This document shows positions 1 through 8,597 of a stretch of DNA of 24,000 bases, piece after piece; the stretch's first letter is position 1; each line of letters opens with the position of its first letter. Location of the stretch: NCBI GenBank assembly GCA_949298195.1, contig CASFVT010000023.1, positions 33,353 to 57,352 on the forward strand, given 5' to 3'. Source of the stretch: an uncultured Bacillota bacterium. GTDB lineage: Bacteria; Bacillota_I; Bacilli_A; RFN20; CAG-826. A program made the translations under genes and the position numbers. The notes beneath the pieces are model-generated. The model worked only from the letters and a program-made list of their open reading frames with translations, was not told the DNA's origin and made no database searches.

Positions 1-466
1 AATCGGCGATCTTGATGGAACCGTCGGGGAGGTAGAAGAGGTTGTCTGGCTTGATGTCCCGGTGGAGGAGCCCATGCTGGTGGATGTACTCGATTCCCGA
101 GCAGAGTTGGAGCATGATCTCGCTACTTTCCAGGGGCGAAAGGAAATGCCCGGCCACGACGTTGAGCTTGTCGCGGAGGGTCCTTCCGTCGACGTACTCG
201 TTGACCATGTAAGGACGGCCATCGACCTTCCCCTGGCCATAGACCTTGACGATGTTCGGGTCGTTGAGCGAGGCGGCCGCGACGCATTCCCGGGAGAAAC
301 GCTCGAGGTTCTTCTCGCTGTCCATCATGTCCTTCCGCATGACCTTGATGGCCACCGCCCGCTTGTAGATGAGGTCATAGCCCTCGTAGACGTCGGCCAT
401 CCCCCCGTGGGCGATCCTGGAGACGACGCGGTAACGGCCGTCGATCTTGTCGCCGAGTTCAATCAT
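1..466 (-). CDS. prkC: Serine/threonine protein kinase, PrkC/Stk type (N-terminal part, truncated by window edge)
   Basis: My minus-strand translation from the ATG at 466: MIELGDKIDGRYRVVSRIAHGGMADVYEGYDLIYKRAVAIKVMRKD...LLHRDIKPDNLFYLPDGSIKIAD. It shows the Gly-rich loop, VAIK Lys and HRDIKPDN catalytic loop. Not in the ORF track because it runs off the edge. Next to a PP2C gene, as in many Firmicutes. Confidence 0.93.
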   Translation of the reverse strand, partial: MIELGDKIDGRYRVVSRIAHGGMADVYEGYDLIYKRAVAIKVMRKDMMDSEKNLERFSRECVAAASLNDPNIVKVYGQGKVDGRPYMVNEYVDGRTLRDKLNVVAGHFLSPLESSEIMLQLCSGIEYIHQHGLLHRDIKPDNLFYLPDGSIKIAD

Positions 467-1217
467 TGCCGATGGCCTCCCAATAGGCGACGGCGATGTT
501 GTCGCTGCCGCCGGTACCGTTGGCTTCGTAGACGTAGCCGAGAACCTTTTGATCGGCCCGTTCGTCGGTCGAGGCAATGGCCTCGATCGAGGAGAGGGGC
601 AACTGGTTGTAGAGCCCGTCCGAGCAAAGGAGGATGCTCTCCCCTTTGTAGCGGTAGGAATAAATGTCGAGGGAGAGGGAAGGATAGATCCCGACCGCGT
701 TCATGAGGACGTGGCGGTCGGGGTGGGTGAGGGCCTCTTCCGCGGAGATCTTCTCGCTCCTCAATAGGAAATTGACGTAGGTCTGGTCGACGGTCAACTG
801 AGAGGCCTTCCTGCCCTTCACGTAGTAGGCCCTCGAATCGCCGACGTTGGCCACGAGGAGGCGCTTCCCACTCAAAAGGGCGGTGACGAGGGTCGAACCC
901 ATTCCCTTGGCCTCGGGATGCTTCTCGGCGTAGGAATAGACGGAGGCGTTGGCTTTCTTGTAGGCCTTCTTGAGCCAGCGACGGTTCGAGGAAGAGAGGA
1001 GATGGGCCTTCTTGTTCTTGAAGAGGGCGGAGATGACGTCGATGGCTATCCGCGAGGCCACGTCGCCCTTATCGGCCCCGCCCATTCCGTCGGCCACTGC
1101 CAAAAGGACCTCGCCCGCACTGTTCATGAGGACAATGGCTCGGTCCTCGTTGTCTTTCCTGACCCGCCCCCGGTCGGTCCGGAAGGCGTAGGTTCCATGG
1201 AGCTCGTATCTGATCAT
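459..1217 (-). CDS. prpC: PP2C-family Ser/Thr phosphatase (PrpC/Stp)
   Basis: Start trimmed from ORF 459..1259 to the ATG at 1217 (MIRYELHGTYAFRTDRGRVRKDNEDRA), which overlaps the rlmN stop as ATGA. PP2C motifs: RxxNED, VADGMGG, and GTGGSDNIAVA. Confidence 0.93.
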   Translation of the reverse strand: MIRYELHGTYAFRTDRGRVRKDNEDRAIVLMNSAGEVLLAVADGMGGADKGDVASRIAIDVISALFKNKKAHLLSSSNRRWLKKAYKKANASVYSYAEKHPEAKGMGSTLVTALLSGKRLLVANVGDSRAYYVKGRKASQLTVDQTYVNFLLRSEKISAEEALTHPDRHVLMNAVGIYPSLSLDIYSYRYKGESILLCSDGLYNQLPLSSIEAIASTDERADQKVLGYVYEANGTGGSDNIAVAYWEAIGND

Positions 1218-2278
1218 CGCTGGTTCCCTCCCCCGTATTTTACCCTCAGCTGGCCGCATGCCGCGTCGATGTCGGTCCCGAATTCCTTCCGGATGGTCGT
1301 CTTGACGCCCCTGGATAGGAGGAGGTCGGCGAACCGCCGGGCCCGTTTACTCCGGGCAAAGGGCTTCTCCTTCACCGGGTTGAGGGGAATGAGGTTGACA
1401 TAGCAAAGCAGTCCCTTGAGGAGGGAGGCGAGCTCCCGGGCGTTCTCGTCGCTGTCGTTGATCCCGTCGATGAGGATGTACTCGAAGGTGAGCCGCCGGC
1501 CGGAATCCTCGACGTATTGATGGCAGGCGGAGATGAGATCGTCCATGGAATAACCGCGGGCAATCGGCATGAGGAGGCGACGCGTCTTCTCGTTGGAGGC
1601 ATGGAGGGAAATGGCGAGGTTGATCTGGAGGCCTTCCTTCCCGTAACGGCGTATTTTTTCGATAATACCGCAGGTCGAGACGGTGATGTGCCGGGCCCCG
1701 ATCCCGAGGGCCCGGTCGTCGTTGATGATCCTCACGAAGTCCATCACCGCATCGTAGTTGTCGAAAGGCTCGCCGGTGCCCATCACCACGACGTGGGAGA
1801 GGCGTTCGTTGCCTTGATGGAGGAAGTCGTCGATGACGAGGCACTGCCCCACCATCTCCCCGGAACTGAGCCCACGGGTCTTCTTGAGGAGGCCGGAGGC
1901 ACAGAAGGCGCAGCCCATCGAACAGCCGACTTCGCTGGAGACGCAGGCGACGTTGCCGTAGTCGTAGCGCATGAGGACGGTTTCGACGAGGCTCCCGTCG
2001 CCCATCCTAAGGAGGAACTTGACCGTCCCGTCCCTGGCTTCCTGCCTCGCCGCGACTTCGGGAAGGGCAAAGGAAAAGGCCTCCTTCAGGCGCTCCCGGT
2101 AGCTTTTCGAGACGTCGGACATGAGCTCGGGGTCACGAACCCGTTTCTTGTAGACCCATTCGAAAAGCTGACGCGCCCGGTAGGGCTTCTCCCCTTCCGC
2201 GACCACGAGTTCGCTCAGGCGGGAAAGGGTAAAGTCATAGAATAGACGGGGTGACGCCCTTTCCATCGGGCCCCTCAC
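1214..2278 (-). CDS. rlmN: Dual-specificity 23S rRNA/tRNA m2A methyltransferase RlmN (radical SAM)
   Basis: CEVGCSMGCAFCASG radical-SAM cysteine cluster, VVMGTGEPFDNYD, and C-terminal AACGQLR methyl-carrier cysteine. Confidence 0.95.
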   Translation of the reverse strand: MRGPMERASPRLFYDFTLSRLSELVVAEGEKPYRARQLFEWVYKKRVRDPELMSDVSKSYRERLKEAFSFALPEVAARQEARDGTVKFLLRMGDGSLVETVLMRYDYGNVACVSSEVGCSMGCAFCASGLLKKTRGLSSGEMVGQCLVIDDFLHQGNERLSHVVVMGTGEPFDNYDAVMDFVRIINDDRALGIGARHITVSTCGIIEKIRRYGKEGLQINLAISLHASNEKTRRLLMPIARGYSMDDLISACHQYVEDSGRRLTFEYILIDGINDSDENARELASLLKGLLCYVNLIPLNPVKEKPFARSKRARRFADLLLSRGVKTTIRKEFGTDIDAACGQLRVKYGGGNQR

Positions 2279-3636
2279 TTGTTGGCTAGGGAGGCCGGCA
2301 TCGCCGGATCGACGTAGGCCGGGGCGGCCGGGATGGCCTCCGGGGCCGGGGTCAGCGGGTCGACGGCCCGGGTCTCTTTCTTGAGGATGGCGTAATACAT
2401 CGCCGTGTCGAGGTCCTCGAAGGGGAAGACCTGGCGTTCCGCCTCGAGGTGATATTCGGGGTGGGCGATGAGGAAGGCATTGATGGTCCGATGGCCTTCG
2501 AGTTGGCTGATCGTGTAGACGCAGTAGACGAGCTTCCCGCCTTCCTCGACAAAGGAGGAAACGTTCTCCAAAGTGGCCTTTTCCTCAGCATAGATGGCTT
2601 CCATGTCTTCCTTTTTGAAATGGAGAAGGAAGTCGGGCGACTCGCGGATGAGATCGAAGGAGGAACTACGCGGAGCGCAGATGGCGAGCTCGACCGGACG
2701 GGAGACGGAGGCGAGGAGGGAGTCGCTCCCGGCGGCGAAGAAATTGACGTTCGAGAGTCCCTTCTTCTTGATGAAGCGGGAAACCGGTACGTGTTTATTG
2801 AGCGACTTGCAGCCGAGGTTGAGCCCCAGGTGACCGTATCTCAGGATGGCCTCGAGGAGGAGGGAAGAGTCATCGAGCCCGGTATAGACGAGGGCTTCGC
2901 TCGGCTCTTCGAGGGGCAGTAAGTCGAGGAGGTACTTGGTGCCGGGGCGCTCGAGCCAAAGGTTGCCGTTGACGTAATCGGGGAGCCGGCGAAGCGGTTG
3001 CTTCCCCTCGTAATAGGCAATCCCCTCGACGCTGGAAGGCTTGAAGTCCGGGTTGGCTTCATAGAAGGAAGCCGGGTCGAGGTCGGGCCCGAGACGGACG
3101 GTGATCGTCCCCGGGCGGGCGTTTTTCTTGAGGATCTTCCCCATCGCCCCCTTGCCATAGTGGGCCCAGATCTTCATCACCCATTCCGGGCAGTTGAAGC
3201 GGAGGGAGAGGAAACGGTCGGTCCAGGCTTCCCCGATTCCCTCGGGCATGAAGCTATGGACTTCCTCGAGGGCCTTCTGGAAGAGGGGGAGGACGAGGGC
3301 TAGTTTCTCTTCCCCGAGCTTTCCCTTGCTCAGGGCGAGCATCTCCTCGTAGGGGATCCGCTTGTAGTAATAGACATCGGCCAAGGCAAGGGAAAGGAAG
3401 CGACGGTCATCGTCGTTTAGTCCCTCGACCGGGTCGAGGAGGGTCTTGAAGAGGAGGTGATGCCGGAGTTCGCATCCGACGAGACCGGCGACGAACGACC
3501 GGTGCTTCCGAAGGGGCTCGTTTTCCCGCGGCTGGAATTTCTTCCTGAGCGCCTCATTGAAGGGAACATCGTCGACGACGATCTCCTTTAGGGTCTCCTC
3601 CGCGAGGGAGAATTGAAGTTCGGTCTCTTCCATCAT
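2275..3636 (-). CDS. RsmB/NOL1/NOP2/Sun-like protein, apparently catalytically degenerate
   Basis: N-terminal NusB-like helical region, 'NCPEWVMKIWAHYG...NARPGTITVRL' (cf. SHPEWLVxRW...N..P...vRvN) and C-terminal 'EEGGKLVYCVYTISQLEGHRTINAFLIAHPEYHLE' (cf. GGRLVYSTCTxxxxENExVVxxFLxxHPxF). Locus position priA-...-rsmB-rlmN-prpC-prkC. SD GGAGG upstream. Catalytic motifs are altered (see findings). Confidence 0.75.
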   Translation of the reverse strand: MMEETELQFSLAEETLKEIVVDDVPFNEALRKKFQPRENEPLRKHRSFVAGLVGCELRHHLLFKTLLDPVEGLNDDDRRFLSLALADVYYYKRIPYEEMLALSKGKLGEEKLALVLPLFQKALEEVHSFMPEGIGEAWTDRFLSLRFNCPEWVMKIWAHYGKGAMGKILKKNARPGTITVRLGPDLDPASFYEANPDFKPSSVEGIAYYEGKQPLRRLPDYVNGNLWLERPGTKYLLDLLPLEEPSEALVYTGLDDSSLLLEAILRYGHLGLNLGCKSLNKHVPVSRFIKKKGLSNVNFFAAGSDSLLASVSRPVELAICAPRSSSFDLIRESPDFLLHFKKEDMEAIYAEEKATLENVSSFVEEGGKLVYCVYTISQLEGHRTINAFLIAHPEYHLEAERQVFPFEDLDTAMYYAILKKETRAVDPLTPAPEAIPAAPAYVDPAMPASLANK

Positions 3637-3662
3637 TGGTTCCTCCGTAAATGCAAAAGGGC

Positions 3663-4187
3663 CTAGTCGCCCTTCGTGCTCGAGACGATGTCCGCGAGGT
3701 CGCGCGCGGCTTTTTCCTCGAGGGAGTCGATCTTGCCCTCGAAGGCGTTGCCAAGGTAGATTTCCTCCCCTTGGTCGGGATTTCCCCCGTCGATGGCTTC
3801 CTCGGCGCTTTCCTCGGCTTTCAGGACGGCTTCCTTGATGTTCTCGGCCTTCAGGAAGCGCGGGTAGTCCGGGTTGTGGCGGGAATACTCATGGCCATGG
3901 AAATACTCGAAGCGGACGTCGACGTTGACCGAGAAGTCGGTAAGGGTCGAGAGAAGGTAGTTGGCCACCTTCTCTTCCGCCGCTTCGTAAGAGGCGTCGC
4001 AATGGACGATGACGAGGGCGTTCCAGGATATCTGCTCAACCCCGTCGTGGAAAAGGGTCGAAACCGGGGAATAGAAGGCGAGGTCGTCTTCGCTCACCTC
4101 GAAAAGGGAGGCAAGGTTCTTCCCGTGTTCGCGGCTATAGTGGCCGGCCACGTATTGGTCGAGACCGAGGATGTCGATGCTGATCAT
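3663..4187 (-). CDS. Hypothetical 174-aa protein with acidic C-terminus
   Basis: ORF MISIDILGLDQYVAGHYSREHGKNLASLFEVSEDDLAFYSPVSTLFHDGVEQISWNALVIVHCD... preceded by a consensus -10 box. Sits between priA and the rsmB-like gene in the same orientation. Confidence 0.75.
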   Translation of the reverse strand: MISIDILGLDQYVAGHYSREHGKNLASLFEVSEDDLAFYSPVSTLFHDGVEQISWNALVIVHCDASYEAAEEKVANYLLSTLTDFSVNVDVRFEYFHGHEYSRHNPDYPRFLKAENIKEAVLKAEESAEEAIDGGNPDQGEEIYLGNAFEGKIDSLEEKAARDLADIVSSTKGD

Positions 4188-4203
4188 GTGCTTACGCTTG
4201 GCG

Positions 4204-4234
4204 ATTATAGCACGCGCGCCCCGCGTGCAAGCAA
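4204..4234 (-). promoter_or_regulatory. Putative promoter for the 174-aa gene/rsmB-like/rlmN/prpC/prkC unit
   Basis: Minus strand reads TTGCTTGCACGCGGGGCGCGCGTGCTATAATCGCC. Perfect TATAAT (4204-4209) with extended TG-n; -35 candidate TTGCAC (N15) or TTGCTT (N19). Spacer contains the inverted repeat GCACGCG/CGCGTGC. Confidence 0.7.
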
Positions 4235-4263
4235 GAACATGAGAGCCAAATAAAAACGCTTTC

Positions 4264-6474
4264 CTAGAAATCGAGGGGGTCGACGTCGACGTCGATGCTG
4301 ACCTCCGGGAGGAGGGAATAACGGCGGACGAGTTCCCGGAGGCTCGCTATGACGGCCTCGCGGTCCTTGAACTTGAGGAGGACGACCCTTCGATAGAGCC
4401 CGTCCCGGCGGACGTAATAAGGAGCCATCGGCCCGATGGCCCTAAGACTCGGGAGTTCGAGGGATCGAAGCTCGTTGGCGAAAGAGAGGGCGAGCTCGTA
4501 GGCCCGCTCTTCCTTCGGGGCCCGTATCTCGACGGCAATCAAATAGACATACGGGGGAAAGAGGGCGAGTTTCCGCTCGCGCATTTCCTTGAGGTAGAAG
4601 CCGACGTAGTCCTGCTTGGCCCCGAGGGCGATGGCATAGTGGTTCGGGTTGTAGGTCTCTATGAGGGCCTCGCCCGGCAAAAGCGAGCGGCCGGCCCGGC
4701 CGACCGCCTGGGCAATCAGTTGGAAGACCCGTTCCGAAGAGCGGTAGCCCGGGATGGCGAGCCCGACGTCGCTGCCAAGTACCGCGGCGAGGGTGAGATG
4801 GGGGAAATCGTGCCCCTTGGCAACCATCTGGGTGCCGATGAGGATGTCGAACTCCCTCTCGCGGAACCCCTTCACCACTTGCTCGAGGCGGTAGGAGGAG
4901 CGCCCGACGTCGCTATCGAGGCGGGCGATCCTGGCCTCCGGGAAGAGGGCTTGGACTTCCTCCTCGAGGCGCTCGGTCCCAAAGCCGACCCGCCGGATGG
5001 CCGGGTTCCCGCATTCGGGGCAGTGCTCGGGGTATTCCTCGACGTGACCGCAATGGTGGCACTTGAGGAGGCGCTGCTCGCGGTGGTAGACGAGGTTCCC
5101 CCCGCATTCGGGGCATTTGAATAGATGTCCGCAGCGCGGGCAATTGATTCCGGTCCAATATCCCCGCCGGTTGATGAGGAGGAGGCATTGCTCGCCTTTG
5201 GAGAGTTTTTCCCGCATCTTCTCGATCAGGGGCTTGGAGATCTTGTCGCTCTCCTTTCCGAAGGCCCCGGGGGCCCGGAGGTCGATGATGTGGGTCTTCG
5301 GGAGGGGGCGTTCATTGACCCGATGGGGCATTTCGGCATAGCCATAGACCCCCTTGAGGGCCCGGGCCCGGGCCCCGAGGGTCGGGGTGGCCGAGCCGAG
5401 GACGACCTTGGCCTTCTCCCGCCGTCCCCGCATGATGGCCACTTCGCGGGCGTGGTAATGGGGGGCATTGTCTTGCTTGTAGCTTTCGACGTGCTCCTCG
5501 TCGAGGACGATGAGGCCGACATTCGCCATCGGGGCGAAGACGGCGCTCCGCGCCCCGACGACGATTTGGGCCTCGCCGCGGGCAATCCGCCGGTATTCGT
5601 CATAGCGTTCGGCGTTGGTTAGTTCGCTATGGAGGATGGCGATCTTGTTCCCGAACCGGCGGGCGAAGTAATCGACCATCGCCGGGGTGAGGTTGATTTC
5701 CGGGACGAGCATGATGACCCCCTTCCCGGAGGCGAGGATTTCCTCGCTCAAGGACAGGTAGACCTCGGTCTTACCCGACCCGGTTACCCCTTGGAGGAGG
5801 ACGACCTCCTGCTTGGCACCCAAGATGGCATCGAGGGCCTTCCGTTGCTCATACGTCAGCTCGTGGGCCTTTTCGATTTCCCGTTCCGGGATCGCGTGAC
5901 GCATCCGCTCCCGCCTCTCGATGGCGAGCCTCCCCTTGTCCAAGAGGGCCTTGAGGACGGCGGGAGAGCCGATTTCCTTCTTCTTGATGGGTCCCGAAGA
6001 GATGGCCAGGCGGAGCATCTCAAGCTGTTTGGGGGTCAAACCATCCTCGTTTCGGTCGACGACCTTCACGTAGTAGTCATAGGCGATCTTCGGGGCCCGC
6101 AAGGAACTCGACCGGGGGGACAGCGAAGGGGGAAGCATCGCCTGGAGGACCCTGATGAGGGGGGAAAGGTAATAGGAAGCCACTTCCTGGGCCAGTTCCC
6201 AGAGTTCGGTGGTCAAAAGCGGCTCGGGGTCGATGATGTCGGCATCCCGAAGTTCCTTGAGGGAATAGCCGAGCTCCCTTTCGAGGGTTTCTTTCGCCTC
6301 GCTGGCCTCCCGGACCATGAGGGCGAAGCCGACCAAGCGTTTCCGTGGCCCGAAGGAACAGAGGACCCGGCAATGCGGTTTCGGGGGGCGATCACCTCGG
6401 TAAAAGTAGGTGAAAGGCCGGTCGAGCGACCGGACCGAGTACTCGACGAGCACCTCAACGAGGAAGGATCCCAT
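4264..6474 (-). CDS. priA: Primosomal replication restart helicase PriA
   Basis: LLQGVTGSGKTEVY Walker A, DEEH box, Zn-binding CPRCGHLFKCPECGG...CHHCGHVEEYPEHCPECG. Start placed at the ATG at 6474; the track extends to a TTG at 6480. Confidence 0.95.
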   Translation of the reverse strand: MGSFLVEVLVEYSVRSLDRPFTYFYRGDRPPKPHCRVLCSFGPRKRLVGFALMVREASEAKETLERELGYSLKELRDADIIDPEPLLTTELWELAQEVASYYLSPLIRVLQAMLPPSLSPRSSSLRAPKIAYDYYVKVVDRNEDGLTPKQLEMLRLAISSGPIKKKEIGSPAVLKALLDKGRLAIERRERMRHAIPEREIEKAHELTYEQRKALDAILGAKQEVVLLQGVTGSGKTEVYLSLSEEILASGKGVIMLVPEINLTPAMVDYFARRFGNKIAILHSELTNAERYDEYRRIARGEAQIVVGARSAVFAPMANVGLIVLDEEHVESYKQDNAPHYHAREVAIMRGRREKAKVVLGSATPTLGARARALKGVYGYAEMPHRVNERPLPKTHIIDLRAPGAFGKESDKISKPLIEKMREKLSKGEQCLLLINRRGYWTGINCPRCGHLFKCPECGGNLVYHREQRLLKCHHCGHVEEYPEHCPECGNPAIRRVGFGTERLEEEVQALFPEARIARLDSDVGRSSYRLEQVVKGFREREFDILIGTQMVAKGHDFPHLTLAAVLGSDVGLAIPGYRSSERVFQLIAQAVGRAGRSLLPGEALIETYNPNHYAIALGAKQDYVGFYLKEMRERKLALFPPYVYLIAVEIRAPKEERAYELALSFANELRSLELPSLRAIGPMAPYYVRRDGLYRRVVLLKFKDREAVIASLRELVRRYSLLPEVSIDVDVDPLDF

Positions 6475-6476
6475 TC

Positions 6477-7052
6477 TCAATTGACCAGCCGGGAGCGGAT
6501 GATCGAGGCGATTTCGGCGACGGCCCCGTCCAGTTCGTCATTGACGATTCGATAATCGTAGTCCTTGGCCATCTCGAGCTCACGTTCGGCCTTGCGGAGA
6601 CGGGCATTTATGATGGCGGGGTCCTCGGTGTCGCGGCCCTCGAGGCGGGCAATGAGCTCTTCTTTCGAAGGAGGGAGGATGAAGATGGTGAGGAGGCGTT
6701 CGCCGGCGCACTTCTTCATCACCTGATGGGCTCCGTTGACCTCGATTTCGAGGATGACGTTCTTCCCTTCCTCGAGGGCGGCGAAAACCTCTTTCTTCGG
6801 GGTGCCGTAGTTGTGGCGGACGAAATTGGTATGTTCGAGGAAGCCACCAGACTGAACCATCTCCTGGAAGGTCTTCTCGTCGACGAAACGGTAATCGACC
6901 CCGTCCTTCTCCCCGGGACGCATGTCCCTGGTCGTATAGGAAACCGAATAGACGAGATGGAGGGAAGGGTCGTCCATGAGACGCTCGCGCACCGTCCCCT
7001 TCCCAACTCCCGAAGGCCCGGAAATGACGATGAGAAGCCCGCGATTTGGCAT
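6477..7052 (-). CDS. gmk: Guanylate kinase
   Basis: MPNRGLLIVISGPSGVGKGTVRERL...YSVSYTTRDMRPGEKDGVDYRFVDEKTF; classic Gmk P-loop and GMP-binding motifs. Confidence 0.96.
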   Translation of the reverse strand: MPNRGLLIVISGPSGVGKGTVRERLMDDPSLHLVYSVSYTTRDMRPGEKDGVDYRFVDEKTFQEMVQSGGFLEHTNFVRHNYGTPKKEVFAALEEGKNVILEIEVNGAHQVMKKCAGERLLTIFILPPSKEELIARLEGRDTEDPAIINARLRKAERELEMAKDYDYRIVNDELDGAVAEIASIIRSRLVN

Positions 7053-7064
7053 ATATTGTTATAA

Positions 7065-7093
7065 AGTATCGCAGAATCCGGGCCGGAAGGCAA
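7065..7093 (-). promoter_or_regulatory. Putative promoter of gmk-priA
   Basis: Minus strand TTGCCT (7088-7093) - N17 - GATACT (7065-7070), 12 nt upstream of the gmk ATG. Confidence 0.5.
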
Positions 7094-7196
7094 AGTCGAT
7101 TGCCCCTTTTTCGTTTCCCCGTGATCCTTCCACCCGGAAGGAAGGGTTTAAGGGGTTTGAGGCCATCTGCCCGCGGCGTTGTTGTATCCTAAGGAC

Positions 7197-8597
7197 GTGA
7201 AGCGAAGCGAGCTCCTCGAATACGTCGCCTACCTCCGGCCCCTGTTGCTAGGGCGTTACCTCTCGCGGCCTTCCTTTTTCACCTCCACCAGCCTCTCCTT
7301 CCATCTTTCCGGCGGCCCCCAGGATCGCCTGAGCTTCATTCTCGAGGGGGAAGAGCCGCGGTTTTACCTCGCATCCGGCAGCCTGCCGGGCAAGAGCCTC
7401 GAATCCAGCTTCCTCGACGTCCTCAAGAAGCGGCTCTACCGGGCCCGCATCGAGGAGGTCGAGGTCCTGGCCAACGACCGGATCGTCTCCTTTGCCCTCA
7501 CCGCGAACGAGGAGGCCCTCTTCAGCAAGAAAAGGAAACTCGTCTTCGAGCTCATCCCCCGCCATCCCAATCTCGTCCTCCTCGACGAGGAAGAGAGGGT
7601 CATCACGGCCTTTCGCGTCACGCCCATCGATGGGAAAAGACCGCTCTTCCGGGGCCTGAAATACCAAATTCCCCCGCAAAACGCCTTCGTCGATGAGAAT
7701 AGGAAACTCGATCTGACTGGGCTTCTCGCCCATTACGAAGAACTGGAGTCCGGGCTTCGGAGCAAGAGGAAGAACGAGCGCTTTGCCGGGCTTGCCTCTT
7801 ACCTCGCGAATCGTGAAAAGAGCCTGAAGAGGAAGATCGCTTCCTTGGGGGGCGATTTGTCTAAGGCCAAGGAACGGCTTGACGGGCAAAGGAAGGGCGA
7901 TCTCCTCCTCACCTACCTTCCTTCCCTCGGCGAGGGAGAAGCGGAAATCGAGCTCGAAGGAGTCAAGATCGTTCTCGATCCCCGGAAAAACGCCGCCCAG
8001 AACGCGAATGCCTTCTACCGCCAGGCCAAGAAGGCCAAGGATGCCATCCGGCTCGGCGAAGCCCACCTCAAGGAAGCCGAGGAAGAACTCCTCGACCTCC
8101 AGAGCGCCAAGGAACAGTTCCTCTCCTCCGACGAAGAGGGGCTCGAGCTTCTCGCTTCCGAGCTCTCGATTCCCCAGAAAGGCCGTCCCGCCCCCGGATG
8201 GAGGGGGCTCTCCCGTTCCTCCCTTCCCTATGAATGCCTCGTCGACGGCATCCACCTCCTCTATGGGCGCTCGGCCAAGGAAAACGACTGCCTGAGTTTC
8301 CTCTTTGCCCGGGGAAGGAAACTGCATTGGTTCCACATCCTCGGGGGTAGCGGCTCCCACCTCGTCCTGAAAAGCGAGAACCCCTCGGCCAAGGCCATCC
8401 GCCTTACTGCCGAAATCGCCATCCTTCTCGCCGGTCGGGAGGACGGGGACGTCATCCATGCCCTCCGGGGGGAAATAAGCCGTGGGAACAAGCCAGGGGA
8501 GGTAAGGCTCCGCGAACACGAGGTCATCCATGTGAAGGGCGTCTCGGAGGAAGCCAAGGGCATCCTCGCGAAAGCCAAGAGGAGGGAAAGGCCGTGA
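7197..8597 (+). CDS. rqcH: Rqc2/RqcH homologue, NFACT (fibronectin-binding-like) family
   Basis: ANDRIVSF with conserved DR, LDPRKNAAQNANAFYRQAKKAKDA (cf. LDPxxSPxxNAxxYFxxYxKxK), NFACT-R motif YGRSAKENDCLSFLFARGRKLHWFHILGGSGSHLVL. GTG at 7197 is a likely start; the track begins at a TTG at 7179. Confidence 0.85.
   Translation: MKRSELLEYVAYLRPLLLGRYLSRPSFFTSTSLSFHLSGGPQDRLSFILEGEEPRFYLASGSLPGKSLESSFLDVLKKRLYRARIEEVEVLANDRIVSFALTANEEALFSKKRKLVFELIPRHPNLVLLDEEERVITAFRVTPIDGKRPLFRGLKYQIPPQNAFVDENRKLDLTGLLAHYEELESGLRSKRKNERFAGLASYLANREKSLKRKIASLGGDLSKAKERLDGQRKGDLLLTYLPSLGEGEAEIELEGVKIVLDPRKNAAQNANAFYRQAKKAKDAIRLGEAHLKEAEEELLDLQSAKEQFLSSDEEGLELLASELSIPQKGRPAPGWRGLSRSSLPYECLVDGIHLLYGRSAKENDCLSFLFARGRKLHWFHILGGSGSHLVLKSENPSAKAIRLTAEIAILLAGREDGDVIHALRGEISRGNKPGEVRLREHEVIHVKGVSEEAKGILAKAKRRERP

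Noticed and set aside
62-706. 214-aa plus-strand ORF at the left edge
   Set aside because: Antisense to prkC and prpC; the real kinase frame is on the minus strand and is missing from the track only because it runs off the window.
5629-6555. 308-aa plus-strand ORF opposite priA/gmk (also other plus-strand ORFs at 2449-3303 and 3651-4253)
   Set aside because: All are antisense to strongly supported genes with compatible codon usage on the minus strand.
7126-7141. Small inverted repeat CCTTCC-ACCC-GGAAGG between gmk and rqcH
   Set aside because: Only 6-bp arms with no T tract, in purine/pyrimidine-biased sequence; not enough to call a terminator or operator.
7248-8531. 427-aa minus-strand ORF opposite rqcH
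   Set aside because: Mirror-frame artefact; rqcH motifs are unambiguous on the plus strand.
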